From NCBI GenBank assembly GCA_963770895.1, contig CAVYRF010000001.1:992001-1056000 (forward strand): a DNA stretch of 64,000 nucleotides, read 5' to 3'. Position 1 is the first letter of the stretch. Each line of letters opens with the position of its first letter. The translations under genes were made by a program, and so were the position numbers. A model generated the notes under the pieces. That model was not told the origin of the DNA. It did not search any database and saw only the letters and a program-made list of their open reading frames with translations. Positions 46,801 to 58,800 of this stretch are shown here, piece after piece. Source of the DNA: an uncultured Acidobacteriota bacterium. GTDB taxonomy: Bacteria; Acidobacteriota; Thermoanaerobaculia; Multivoradales; UBA5704.

Positions 46801-49800
46801 TCCATCCGCGGGAGGAGGGCGGGTCTCTGGCGGAGCTGCTGCAGGAGATCCGGCGGCAGGTGATTCGTCGGGTGGGTCTGACGCCGGAGTATCTGGTGCC
46901 GGTCGAGCCGTCGGAGGTGCCGAAGACAAACATTGGCAAGATCCAGCGGGCACAGCTCAAACAGCGTTTCGAGTCGGGTGAGTTCGAGGCGTCGCTGCGG
47001 CGCGTGGATCTGCTTTTGGGCAATGCGCAGACGGTGCCGGACTGGTTTTTCCGCCAGGTATGGCGGCGGGAGCGGGGCTGGGTGGGACCGGTGGCTCCGC
47101 CGGCCGGCCGCTACCTGCTGTTCTCGGACGGCGGCGATCTGGGAGAGCGGCTACGGGAGGCGCTGTCGCATTCCGGCCGGGAGTGCGTGGTCGTGGAGAT
47201 CGCAGAGGGCGTGGAGGGAGCGGTCGCCGGCGAGGCGGGTTCGTCGCCGGCGATGGTGGGTTCGGACCGTTACCGGATCGATCCGTCGCGGCTGGAGCAG
47301 TACGGTTGGCTCGTGGAGACGCTGGTGGGCAGGGGGGCGTGGCCGCGGCGAGTGGTGCATTTGTGGAGCGCCGGGGCGGTGCAGGAGGCGGCGGGAGCAA
47401 AGGATCTGGAACGGGCGCAGGAGCTGGGCTCGTTGAGTGTGCTCGGTCTGGTGCAGGCGCTGGCGGCGGCGCGGGGACAAGGGGTGGAGCGGCCACCGGT
47501 GGACCTGCTGGTGGTGGGGACGCGTTCGCAGGGCGTCGCGGCGGGCGACCTGGTGGCAAGCGAGCGGTCGCCGGTGCTAGGGCTGCTCAAGACGATCCCG
47601 TCGGAGTTGCCGTGGATGGCCTGCCGGCACGTGGACTTGGAGCTCGCTGCAGCCGCGACGCAGGCGGAGGCGGTGTTGCGGGAGCTGTGCGTGGCGCGCG
47701 GTGCGGCGGAGGTGGCGTGGCGCGGCGGCAAGCGTTGGGTGCCGCGGTTGGAAAAAGCGGACGTGCGTCCGCGCCAGGGTGGGGAGCCGGCGCTGCGGCC
47801 GGGCGGTCTCTACCTGGTGAGCGGCGGTCTGGGCGGGTTGGGCCGGGAGATGGCGGCGCATCTGCTGGAGCACCATGGCGCCAAGCTGCTGCTGGTGGGG
47901 CGGACGCATCTCGCAGGCGGGGAGAAGGGACAGGCTCTGGCCGCACTCGAACGGCTCGGATCCGTGGTCTACGAGGCGCTGGACGTGGCGGACGAGGGCG
48001 CGGTGAGACAGGCGGTGGAGCGAGCCGAAATGCACTTCGGGTGCCGCCTGGACGGAGTGGTGCACCTGGCGGGAGAGGGGGTGCTGCGGCCGTTGATGGA
48101 GGAGAGCCGGGAGAGTTTCCTGGCGGCGCTGTCGGCCAAGATGGCCGGCGCCTGGGTGCTGCATCGCGCACTGGCGCAGCGTCCGGATGCGGTATTCATC
48201 GCGGCCTCGTCGGTGAACGGATTTTTCGGTGGCGCGATGGTCGGCGCTTATGCAGCGGCGAACCGTTTCCTCGACACGTTCACGGTGCAGCTGAGGCAGG
48301 AGGGGCGGCGGGCGTTCAGCTTGGCGTGGAGCCGTTGGGAGGGGGTAGGTCTGAGCCGCTCCGAGAATGTGGGCGAGCTGTCCCCAATGCAGGGATATCG
48401 GTCGATCCTGCCACGCCAGGGTCTGGTATCGCTCGACGTGTCGCTGTCGCAAGCAGAGCCGCGGTTGTGGATCGGGCTCGACGGCAGCCATCCCTTCATC
48501 CGGCGTCATCTGGAGGAGCCGTCGCAGCGTCTGGAGCGCTTGGCGGTCTGTTTCACCGGCGAGCTGTCGGCTCCGAGGCTCGAAGAGCTGCGGCGGGAGC
48601 ACGGAGGAGCCTTGGAGCTGCTGCATCTGGCCGAGCTGCCGCACACCGCCGCGGGCACCGTCGACCGCGATCGCCTGGCGTCGGTGATCCAAGGTCGAGC
48701 GTGGCGCCTGGCGGCCCGCCAGGGTCCGCGCACGCAGGTGGAGCAGCGTCTGGCGGAGATCTGGCGCGAGCTGTTGGGCGGCGCCGAAGTGGGGGTCGAG
48801 GACAACTTCTTCGAGTTGGGCGGACACTCCCTGCTCGCAACGCAGATGTTGGCGCGGGTGCGCGAGCGCCTGGGAGTGGATCTGCCGTTGCGGCGCCTGT
48901 TCGAGGCTCCGACCTTGGGCGGTCTGGCTTTGGCGATCGCGGCCGAGCGGTCTGATTCCAGGGGGTCCGAGAGAGCGGAGGGTTCGCAGGATTCGCCGCC
49001 GATCGTGCCGGTTTCGCGCGATGCGGATCTGCCGCTGTCGTTTGCCCAGCAGCGCCTCTGGTTCCTCGATCAATTGGAGCCGGGGAGCACGGTCTACAAC
49101 ATTCCGCTGGTGCTGCGGCTGCAGGGGCGTCTTGACGCGGTGGCCCTGGCGCGGACGCTATCGGAAATCGTGGGTCGCCACGAGGCGCTGCGCACCAGCT
49201 TTCCCAGCCGCGACGGCCGGCCGGTGCAGCAGATCGCGCCGGCACGGCCGGTGGCGATGCCGGGCCACGACCTGCGGGCGCTGCCGCCGGCGATGCGGGA
49301 GGCTGAGGTGCGGCGCCTGGCGTCGGCGGCGGCCCAACAGCCGTTCGACCTCGCGCGCGGGCCGCTGCTGCGCGCCGCCCTGTTGCGGCTGGACGGCGAG
49401 GACCACGTCGCGTTGCTGGTGATGCATCACATCATCGCTGACGGCTGGTCGATGGGAGTGTTTGTGCGGGAGGTGGCGGCGCTGTACGCGGCGTTCTGCG
49501 CGGGCGAGCCGTCGCCGCTGCCAGCGCTCGCGGTGCAGTACGCGGACTATGCCGGGTGGCAGCGACAGTGGCTGTCGGGAGCGGTGCTCGAAGAACAGTT
49601 GATCTACTGGCGGGAGGTGCTCAGGGGCTCTCTACCGCTGCTGCGGCTGCCGCTCGATCGGCCTCGGCCGGCCGCGCCGAGCCCGCGCGGCGGCGAGGTG
49701 GAGATGAATCTGCCGGCACCCCTGACGGCGGCGCTTGAAGCTTTGGCGCGGCGGGAAGGCGCCACCCTGTACATGGTCTTGTTGGCGGCCTTCCAGACGC

Positions 49801-52800
49801 TGTTGCTGCGCCTGACGGGCCAGGGCGACATTTCGGTGGGCACGCCGATCGCCAACCGCGAGCGGGTGGAGATCGAAGGTCTGATCGGTTTCTTCGCCAA
49901 CACCCTGGTGATGCGCGTGGACCTCAGAGGTGAGGAGACCTTTCGTCAGCTCCTGGCGCGGGTCCGCGAGGCCGCGCTCGGCGCCTATGCTCACCAGGAT
50001 CTGCCGTTCGAGATTCTGCTGGAAGATCTGCAGCCGACCCGGGAGCTCAGCCACTCGCCGCTGTTCCAGGTGTTGCTCGTGTTGCAGAACATGCCGCAGC
50101 ATGAGCTCGCTCTTCCTGGGCTCGATCTGCGCCTGGTCGAGATCGAGCGCCACGAGGTGCAGTTTGATCTCACGCTCAACGTGTTCGGCAACGGCGGCCG
50201 CCTTTCCGGCCTGCTGGAATACCGCGCCGAGCTGTTCGACGCCGCGAGCGTGCGGCGCTGGTCCGCTCACCTTCAGCTCCTGCTCTCCGGCGTCACCGCC
50301 GATCCCGGGCGGCCGCTGACGGCGTACGAATTGCTCGGTCGGTCCGAACGCCAACAGATCCTCGTCGAGTGGAACGACAGCGCCGCTGAAACCGTGACCG
50401 GCGCCCTGTTCACGCAGCTCTTCGAGGCCCAGGTGCGTTGCGACCCGGCAGCGACGGCGGTGGTGGCGGGCGCCGCGCTGCTGCGTTACGGCGACCTCAA
50501 CGGCCGCGCCAACCAGCTCGCGCGCCACCTGACGAGCCTGGGAATCGCGCCGGAGGCGATCGTCGCGCTCTGCTTCGAGCCGTCGGCGGAGCGGGTAGTG
50601 GCGATGCTCGGTGTGCTCAAGGCCGGCGCGGCCTTACTGCCGCTCGATCCGGCACTGCCGGACGAGCGGCTGGCCTTCCTGGTGCGCGACTCGGGCGCCG
50701 CCGCTCTCATCACCGCCCGCGGCGACGCGGCAGCAGAACGGCTCGCTTGCGAGGTCGAGCGCGCGGGCGGCATGGTCGTCGATCTCGAACGCGACCGCAC
50801 GGCAATTGCCTGCCACCAGGCCGCGGACCCGCCGCTCGCGGCGAGCGGGGCGAGCGCCGCGTACGTGATCTACACCTCGGGCTCGACCGGTGCGCCGAAA
50901 GGTGTCGTGGTGCACCAGCGTGGCATGGCGAACCTCGCCGTGGCGCAGAGCCGCGCCTTCGACGTGCGGCCGGGCGACGTCGTGCTGCAGTTCGCGGCGC
51001 CAGGTTTTGATGCATCGATCTCCGAGCTGGCCATGGCGCTTGCCGCCGGCGCCACCCTGCACCTCGCTACGCGCGACGAGCTGCTGCCCGGCGGCGCTCT
51101 TGAGGACCTGCTGCAATCTTGCGCCGTCACCCATCTGACGCTACCGCCGGCCGTGCTCGCCGTGCTGCAGGAGAGAAGTTTCCCTGCACTGCGTTGTCTG
51201 ATTGTCGCCGGCGACACCTGCCCGCCGGCCCTGGCGGCGCACTGGCGCGCCGGGCGGCGCTTCTTCAATGCCTATGGCCCGACCGAAACCACGGTCTGCG
51301 CCACGCTCTCCGAGATCGTCGCTGGCGATGACCGGGTGTCGCTCCCGATCGGCTTTCCGCTCGCCAACCTGGAGGCGCACGTCCTGGACGACGAGCTTGC
51401 GCCAGTGCCGCTCGGCGTCGAGGGCGAGCTTCTCCTGGCCGGCGCTGGCCTTGCCCGCGGCTATCTCGGACACTCTGACCTTACCGCCGCAAGTTGGTTG
51501 CCGCATCCGTCGCCCCGCCGCTCTGGCGACCGCCTCTATCGCAGCGGCGACCGGGCTCGTCGCCGGCCGGGCGGCGACCTGGAATTCCGCGGCCGCAGCG
51601 ACCGCCAGGTCAAGGTGCGCGGCTTCCGCGTCGAGCCGGCCGAGATCGAGGCCGCCATCGCCGCTCACCCCGCGGTTGCCGCGGTGGCCGTGACGGCGCA
51701 CCCCGCCGGGAGCGAGGGACTGACGGTCGATCGGCGCCTGATCGCCTATGTGGTGGGAGGAGCGGCAGGTGCTCCCGGGCCCACCGAGCTGCGCGCCTTC
51801 CTGCTCGCGCAGCTGCCGGAGCATCTGGTGCCCTCGCTGTTCATTCCGCTCGCCACCATGCCCCTCGGCAGCAGTGGCAAGGTCGATTACCGGGCGCTGC
51901 CGCCGCCGGATCTGCGCCGCGAGCCCGGCGCAGCCGCCCACGTGCCCCCCGCAGGACCGACCGAACGCTGCCTGGCCGAGATCTGGAGCGAAGTGCTCAA
52001 GGTCAGGCCGGTGGGACGCACCGACGGCTTCTTCGCGCTGGGCGGCGATTCGATCCTGAGCATTCAGATCGTGTCGCGGGCGCGCCAGGCCGGGCTCGCG
52101 CTGACGCCGCGCCTGATCTTCGAGCATCCCATCCTGGCCGAGCTGGCGGCGTTGGCGGTGCCGGTGGGAAGCGCTCTGGAAGATCAGCGGCCGGTGACCG
52201 GTCCTGTGCCGCTCACGCCCATTCAGCGCTGGTTCTTCGATCAGCCGGAGACGCTGCCGCTGCATCATTTCAACCAGACTCTGTTGATCGCACCGCGCCA
52301 GCCGCTGGCATGGGCGCCGCTGGTCGGGGCGGTGCGCCTGCTGCTGCAGCACCACGACGCCTTGCGCCTGCGCTTCGTCCGCGACGGCGCTGAATGGCGC
52401 CAGCGCAGCGAGCCATCGTTTCCCGCCGAGACGGCCGTCGCACGATTGGATCTGCGCGCGCTGCCGCTGGCACGCGCCGGCCACGCCATCTCAGCTGCGG
52501 CGGCGCAGGTACAGGCGAGCTTCGATCTGGCGCGTGGGCCGCTGTTCTCGGTGGTGCTCTTCGATCTTGCGCCCTCCGATCCGGGCCGGCTGCTGATCGC
52601 CTGCCACCACCTGCTGATCGACGCGGTTTCGTGGCACATCGTGCTGGAGGATATCGCCGCGCTCTATGCCGGCTTGGAACGTGGCGAAGCGCCGCGGCTG
52701 CCTGCCAAGACCACGTCCTACAAGCGCTGGGCCGAGGGTCTGGCGGCGCTCGCGCGGTCGGGGGCGCTCGCCGACGAGGTCGAGCGCTGGCGGTCCGGTT

Positions 52801-55800
52801 TACCGCCTGACCCTGCGCCGCTGCCGGTCGATCTGCCCGGCGGCGCCGGGTCGATGGCGGACGAGGACAGCGTGGCGCTGGAACTGCCGGCAGAAGCCAC
52901 GGCGGAGCTGCTGCGCGGCGCCTCGGCGGCGTGGCGGGCGCGGCCCGACGAGATCATGCTCGCCGCACTCGCCGCCGCCCTGGGCGCCTGGATGGGCGGC
53001 GGCCACGTGCTGGTCGACTGCGAGGGTCATGGCCGCGAGGACGTGATTCCGGAGATGGATCTCACCCGCACGGTCGGCTGGTTCACCAGCCTGTTCCCGA
53101 TCTCCCTGCAACTGCCGGCGAACGCTTCGATCGGAACGATGGCAGCGAGCGCGACCGTGGCGGCGGTACGGCAGCAGCTGCGCGCGGCGCCGAGCCGTGG
53201 TCTCGGCTACGGCTTGCTGCGGTATCTGGAGGGCGGCGCCGCTGCGCTCCGTCTCGCGGCCCTGCCCCCGGCGGAAGCGAGCTTCAACTACCTGGGGCAG
53301 ACCGATGCGATGCTCTCCGGCGATGCACCGTTCCGGCCCGCCGCCGAACCGAGCGGCGACAGCCAATCGCCGCGGCTGCCCCGCCGCCACCTGCTCGACG
53401 TAATCGCTGGCGTCGCTGGCGGCCGGCTGCGGGTGGAGTTTCGCTACGCCACCACGGCGCATCGCCGGCAGACCGTCAAATCGCTGGCAGCGGCTTTTCG
53501 AGAGGCGCTCGACGGGCTGATCGCGGCGGCTGCTCAGGCGGCGCCGGCGCCGCCCGAGGCCGTCGACTTCCCGCAGGCGCGCCTCGCGGAGGGAGAGCTT
53601 GCACGGTTGCTCGCAGTCGATCCCGCGTGCCAGGACATGTATCCGCTGTCGCCGCTGCAGCAGGGCATTCTTTTTCACAGTGCCTACTCGGAACACTCGC
53701 AGCTTTACTGCGAGCAGATCGCCATCTCGGTGAGAGGCCCGTTGGACGCCGGCTTGTTCAAGCGAGCATGGCAGCGGACCGTCGATCGCAACCCGGTGCT
53801 GCGCACCTCGTTTCACTGGGAAGGTCTGGAGCGTGCCCACCAGGTGGTGCGTCGCGACGTGTCCATGGAATTTCATTGGGAGGACTGGCGACGCGCCGCC
53901 GCAGTCGCCCGGCGCCTGGACCGGCTGCGCGCCGTCGAGCGCGACCGCGGCTTCGACCTGTCGCACGCGCCGCTGCTGCGCGCCGCCCTCATCCGCACCG
54001 GCGACGACGAACACCATTTCGTGCTCAGCTTCAGCCATTTGCTGCTCGACGGATGGAGCTTCTCGCTGCTGTTTAGCGAGGTCTTCGCGCACTACCGCGC
54101 AGCCCGCGACGGGGCGGCCGAGGTGCCGCCGCCGAGGCGTCCCTATCGCGACTACATCGCCTGGTTGGAAGCCCAGGACATCGGTGCTGCTGCGGCCTAC
54201 TGGCGGCAGAAGCTCGCCGACTTTTCCGAGCCGTCGCGCTTCGTGCTCGACGGCGAAGCAGCGGCCCGCGCCGGCCAGGAAGGCCGCGATCGGGCCGCCG
54301 ACTATGCCGAGCTGCTGGTCGAGCTGCCAGTCGGCGCCACCCCGGCATTGCGGACGCTGGCGCAAGCCGGGGGCTGGACGCTGAACACCTTGGTGCAGCT
54401 CGCCTGGGCTCTGCTGCTCTGCCGCTGGACCGGCCGGCGCGACGTGGTCTTCGGCACCGTCGTCTCTGGGCGTCCGGCCGAGCTGCCGGGCGTCGAGGAC
54501 ATGCTCGGGCTGTTCATCAACACGCTACCGGTGCGCGTCCAGATGGCATCGGCGACGCCGCTCAGTGCCGCCCTGGACCGCCTGCAAGCCGACCTGCTGG
54601 AGCTGCGGCGTTTCGAATACAGCCCGCTGCAGGAGGTCCAGGGATGGAGCGAGCTGCCTGGCGGCGATGCTCTTTTCCAAAGCCTTCTCGCCTTCGAGAA
54701 CTTCCCGCTCGACGAGTCGCTGGCCGATCAGATCGAGGGCTTGGAGATCCGTTCGCTGGAGGTCTTCGAGCGCACCAACTATCCGCTCACCCTGGCGGTT
54801 GTGCCGCGTCACGATTTGCTGTTCAAGCTCCTCTACGACCGCCGCTTGACGGCCGCCACTGCGGAGCGCCTGCTCCGCCACCTCGGAAGCCTGCTGGCGG
54901 CCATGGCGGCGGCGCCGGAGCTGTCCGCAGAGAACCTGCCGATGCTCTCCCCTGCCGAGCGAGAGCAGCTTCTCGGTGAGTGGGGCGAGGTAGCGGCGGC
55001 GAATCCACCGCACCTCACGGTCGACCGGCTCTTCGCGGTGCAGGCGGCGCGCACCCCGGGCGCGGTGGCGGTCGAGAGCGGCGGAGAGCGGCTGACCTAC
55101 GCCGCTCTCGCAGCTCGCGCCGGCTGCCTGGCGCGCCGGCTGCGCCAACTGGGGGTCGGCAGCGAGTCGCGTGTCGCCATCTGCCTTGATCGTTCCCTCG
55201 ATCTTGTGGTGGCGATACTGGGAGTGATGGAAGCTGGAGCCGCCTTTGTGCCGCTCGATCCGGACCTTCCAATCCAGCGCCAGGATCTGATCTTCGCCGA
55301 TGCCGGCGTCGAGTTGGTGCTGTGCCGACTGGACGATGTCGGTGCCAGCGGCTTGGCCGGGTTGGCCGCCAAGCATGGCGCAAGCCTGCTCGATGCCGCC
55401 AATGCCGCGCACGACGCGACCCCAGCCGCGGCGCCGCCGGGACCGGCCGCCGTCACGGTGCTCGAAACGCCACCGGCGCCCGGCGATCTCGCTTACTTGA
55501 TCTACACCTCGGGTTCAACCGGCTATCCCAAGGCAGTGATGGTCGAGCACGGCAATCTGGCGCGGGTGCTGTGGGCGAGCCATACCGCATTCGGTTGGAA
55601 TGTCGGGGACGTCATGCCCTGCCTCGCGCCCTACTCGTTCGACATCTTCCTCTTCGAGCTTCTCAACCCGCTGATTGCCGGTGGCACCGCCGTGCTCGTG
55701 CCGCTGCGTCCAGTGCTCGACTTCGACGGCCTGCTTGCGGTGCTGCCCTCGGTCACGCGCCTGCACGCCGTGCCGACCCTGATGCGCCAGATCGTGGAGG

Positions 55801-58800
55801 CGGTGCTCACCGCGGCGCCGCCGGCGGACCTGCGCCGGCTGCGCACCGTCTTCGTCGGCGGCGATGCAGTGCCGGCAGCTCTGCTCGCGGACATGCGGCG
55901 CGCCTTTCCAGGCGCCGTGGTGCAGATCCTCTATGGACCGACCGAGGCGACCATCATCTGTTCGGCGGCGCCGGCGGATGCGGCTGGCGACGCCCGGCCG
56001 CTGCTCGGCCGGCCGCTGCCTGGCGTGGCGCTTCGCCTCTGTGACGCATGGGGCGAGCTGGCGCCGGCCGGCGCGGTGGCGGAGATCTGGATTGGCGGCG
56101 GCGGCGTCGCGCGCGGCTACTGGCAGCGCCCGGAGCTGACCGCCGAGCGTTTCGCGGCCCAGGACGGCCGGCGGTTCTTTCGCAGCGGCGATCTCGGCCG
56201 GTACCGCGCCGATGGCGTGCTGGAGCACTTCGGCCGCAGCGACGAGCAGGTCAAGGTGCGCGGCTTCCGCATCGAATTGGGAGAGGTGGAGGCGGCGCTG
56301 GCGCGCCATCCGGCGGTTCGCGAGGCGGTGGTGGCAGCGCTCCCCGCCGGCGGCGAGCGCGACTTCACGGGCGGCCACGGGCGCGACGCCAGACCCAGCG
56401 ACCACCGTCTGGCCGCCTACGTGGTCGCGCGGCGCAACGCGCCAGACGCGGCGGCGCTTGAGCTCTGGCCGTCGATCGGCGAATACTCGGTGTATGACGA
56501 GCTCATCTACGGCGAGCTGAGCGGCGACCAGCGCCGCAACCAGCAGTATCGAGCCGCCATCGAGGGATGGGTGCGGGACAAGGTGGTGGTCGACATCGGC
56601 ACCGGCGCCGACGCCGTCCTGGCCCGCGTTTGTATCGAAGCGGGCGCGCGCAAAGTCTACGCTGTCGAACAGCTCGCCGCATCCTGCGAGCTGGCGCGCG
56701 ACCAGGTCGAGCAGCTGGGCCTCAGCGACCACATCGTCGTCATCCACGGCGATGCTCGCACCGTGGAGTTGCCGGAGCCGGTCGATCTCTGCATCTCCGA
56801 GATCGTCGAGGCGATCGGTGGCGCCGAAGGGGCGGCCGTCATCCTCAAGGAGGCGCGCCGCTACCTGCGCCCGGGCGGCCGCATGGTGCCGGAGCGCGCC
56901 ACCTCGCTCATCGCCGGCGTCACCTTGCCGGACGACCTGATGGCGGCGCCGCGTTTCAACCGTACGCCCGGTCACTACGTGGAGAAGATTTTTGCCGAGG
57001 TCGGTCAGCGATTTGACCTGCGCCTGGGCCTGCGCCACCTACCCACGACGGCGTTGGTTTCCGACGCAGGGGTGTTCGAACTCCTCGACTTCACCCGCGG
57101 GGCGGCGGCCGAGTACAGCTTGCCTCTCCTCCTCACCGTCGAGCGTGCGGCGCGCCTCGACGGCTTCGCGGTGTGGCTGCGGCTGGAGCTGGGACAGGGC
57201 GAACGGCTGGACATCATGGAGCACCCTTCCTCGTGGTACCCGATCTTTCTTCCTGCTTTCGGCGACGGCGTCGCCGTCGAGGCCGGCGACCGCGTCGAGG
57301 CGCAATGCGGCGCCACCCTGTCGGACGACGGGCTGCATCCGGATTACTGGGTGAGCGGGCGCCTGGTGCGGGCGCACGGCGAGGAGGTCGCGATCGATTT
57401 CCACTCGCCGCACCACGGCACTGGCTATCGCACAACCCCGTTCTACGGCCGTCTGTTCGAACTGCCGGCCGGCGTGTCGGCCGCAGCTGCTACCGCCGCA
57501 GCCGCAGCGGGAGACGAGGGGAGCCTGCTCGAAGCGCTGCGCCGCCACATGCGCGCCGAGCTGCCCGACTACATGGTGCCAGCGACCTTCACGCTCCTGC
57601 CAACCCTCCCCCTGACCGCGAGCGGCAAGGTCGATCGCCGCGCGCTGCCCCTGCCGAGGGCTGCTGCGGCGCCGGGTCGGCCACCGGCCAATGCCGTCGA
57701 AGCGAGTTTGGTGGCAATCTGGCGCGACGTGCTGCGCAACTCCGACCTCGGTGTCGATGACAACTTCTTTGACCTCGGCGGCGACTCCATCCTGAGCCTC
57801 CAGATCGTCTCTCGCGCTCGTCAAGCCGGCCTGCGGATGAGCCCCCGCGACCTCTTCGAGCACCCCACGGTAGCGGACCTGGCGGTGCGGGCGGCACAGA
57901 CGGCGGCCGACGGCGGTGGGACGCCGGCCGACGACCGCTCGGCGGCGCGGGTGGCGGGTCCACTGCCGCTGGTCCCTGCCCAGCACGCCTTCTTCGCCGG
58001 CCGGCCTGCGTCGCCGCACCACTTCAACCAGACTCTGCTTTTCGCGGTCGCCGCGCCACTCTCGGCCGCGCAGACCGCCCGCGCCGTCGCCGCCTTGGTC
58101 GCCGCGCACGACGCCTTTGGCCTGCGCTTCGAGGAGGGGCCGGCGGGATGGACGCAGCGCCTGATTCCGGCGGGTGGCAGGTTGCCTTTCTTCCATATCG
58201 ATCTTTCGGTCCTGGCGGCACCGCGGCCGGCGCTCGAACGCGCCGCGGCAGCCCTGCAGGCGAGCCTCGATCTCGGTGGGTCCGCCGGCGAGAGCGGCGG
58301 GCCGCTCGCGGCGGCCCATTTCGATCTCGGGCCGGAGCGGCCGACGCGACTGCTGCTGGTGGTTCACCACCTGGTTGTGGATGCTGTCTCCTGGCGTATC
58401 CTGCTCGCCGACCTCGATCTGGCCTGCCGCCAGCTCGCGGCTGGGAAGGAAATCCGCCTGCCGCCGGCAGCCAGCTCCTTCCGGCGCTGGGCCGAGTGCC
58501 TTGCCGCGTACGCCCGCGAACATCCGTGGCGCGACGAGCTCGCACGCTGGACGGCCATCTTGGCAGCACCTGCAACGCCGCTGCCGCGCGGCGCTGACGG
58601 CGGTCCCAACTGCGAGGCGTCGCAGCGCACCGTCGAGGTCTCGCTTGCCGAGGAACCGACGCGCGCCCTGCTGCGCGAGGCGCCGGCCGCCTATCGTGCG
58701 CGCAGCGAAGACCTCATGCTGGCGGCGCTGGCGCTGGCGTTCGCCCGCTTCACCGGCGACCGCCGCCTGCTCGTCGAACTGGAGGCACACGGCCGCGAGG

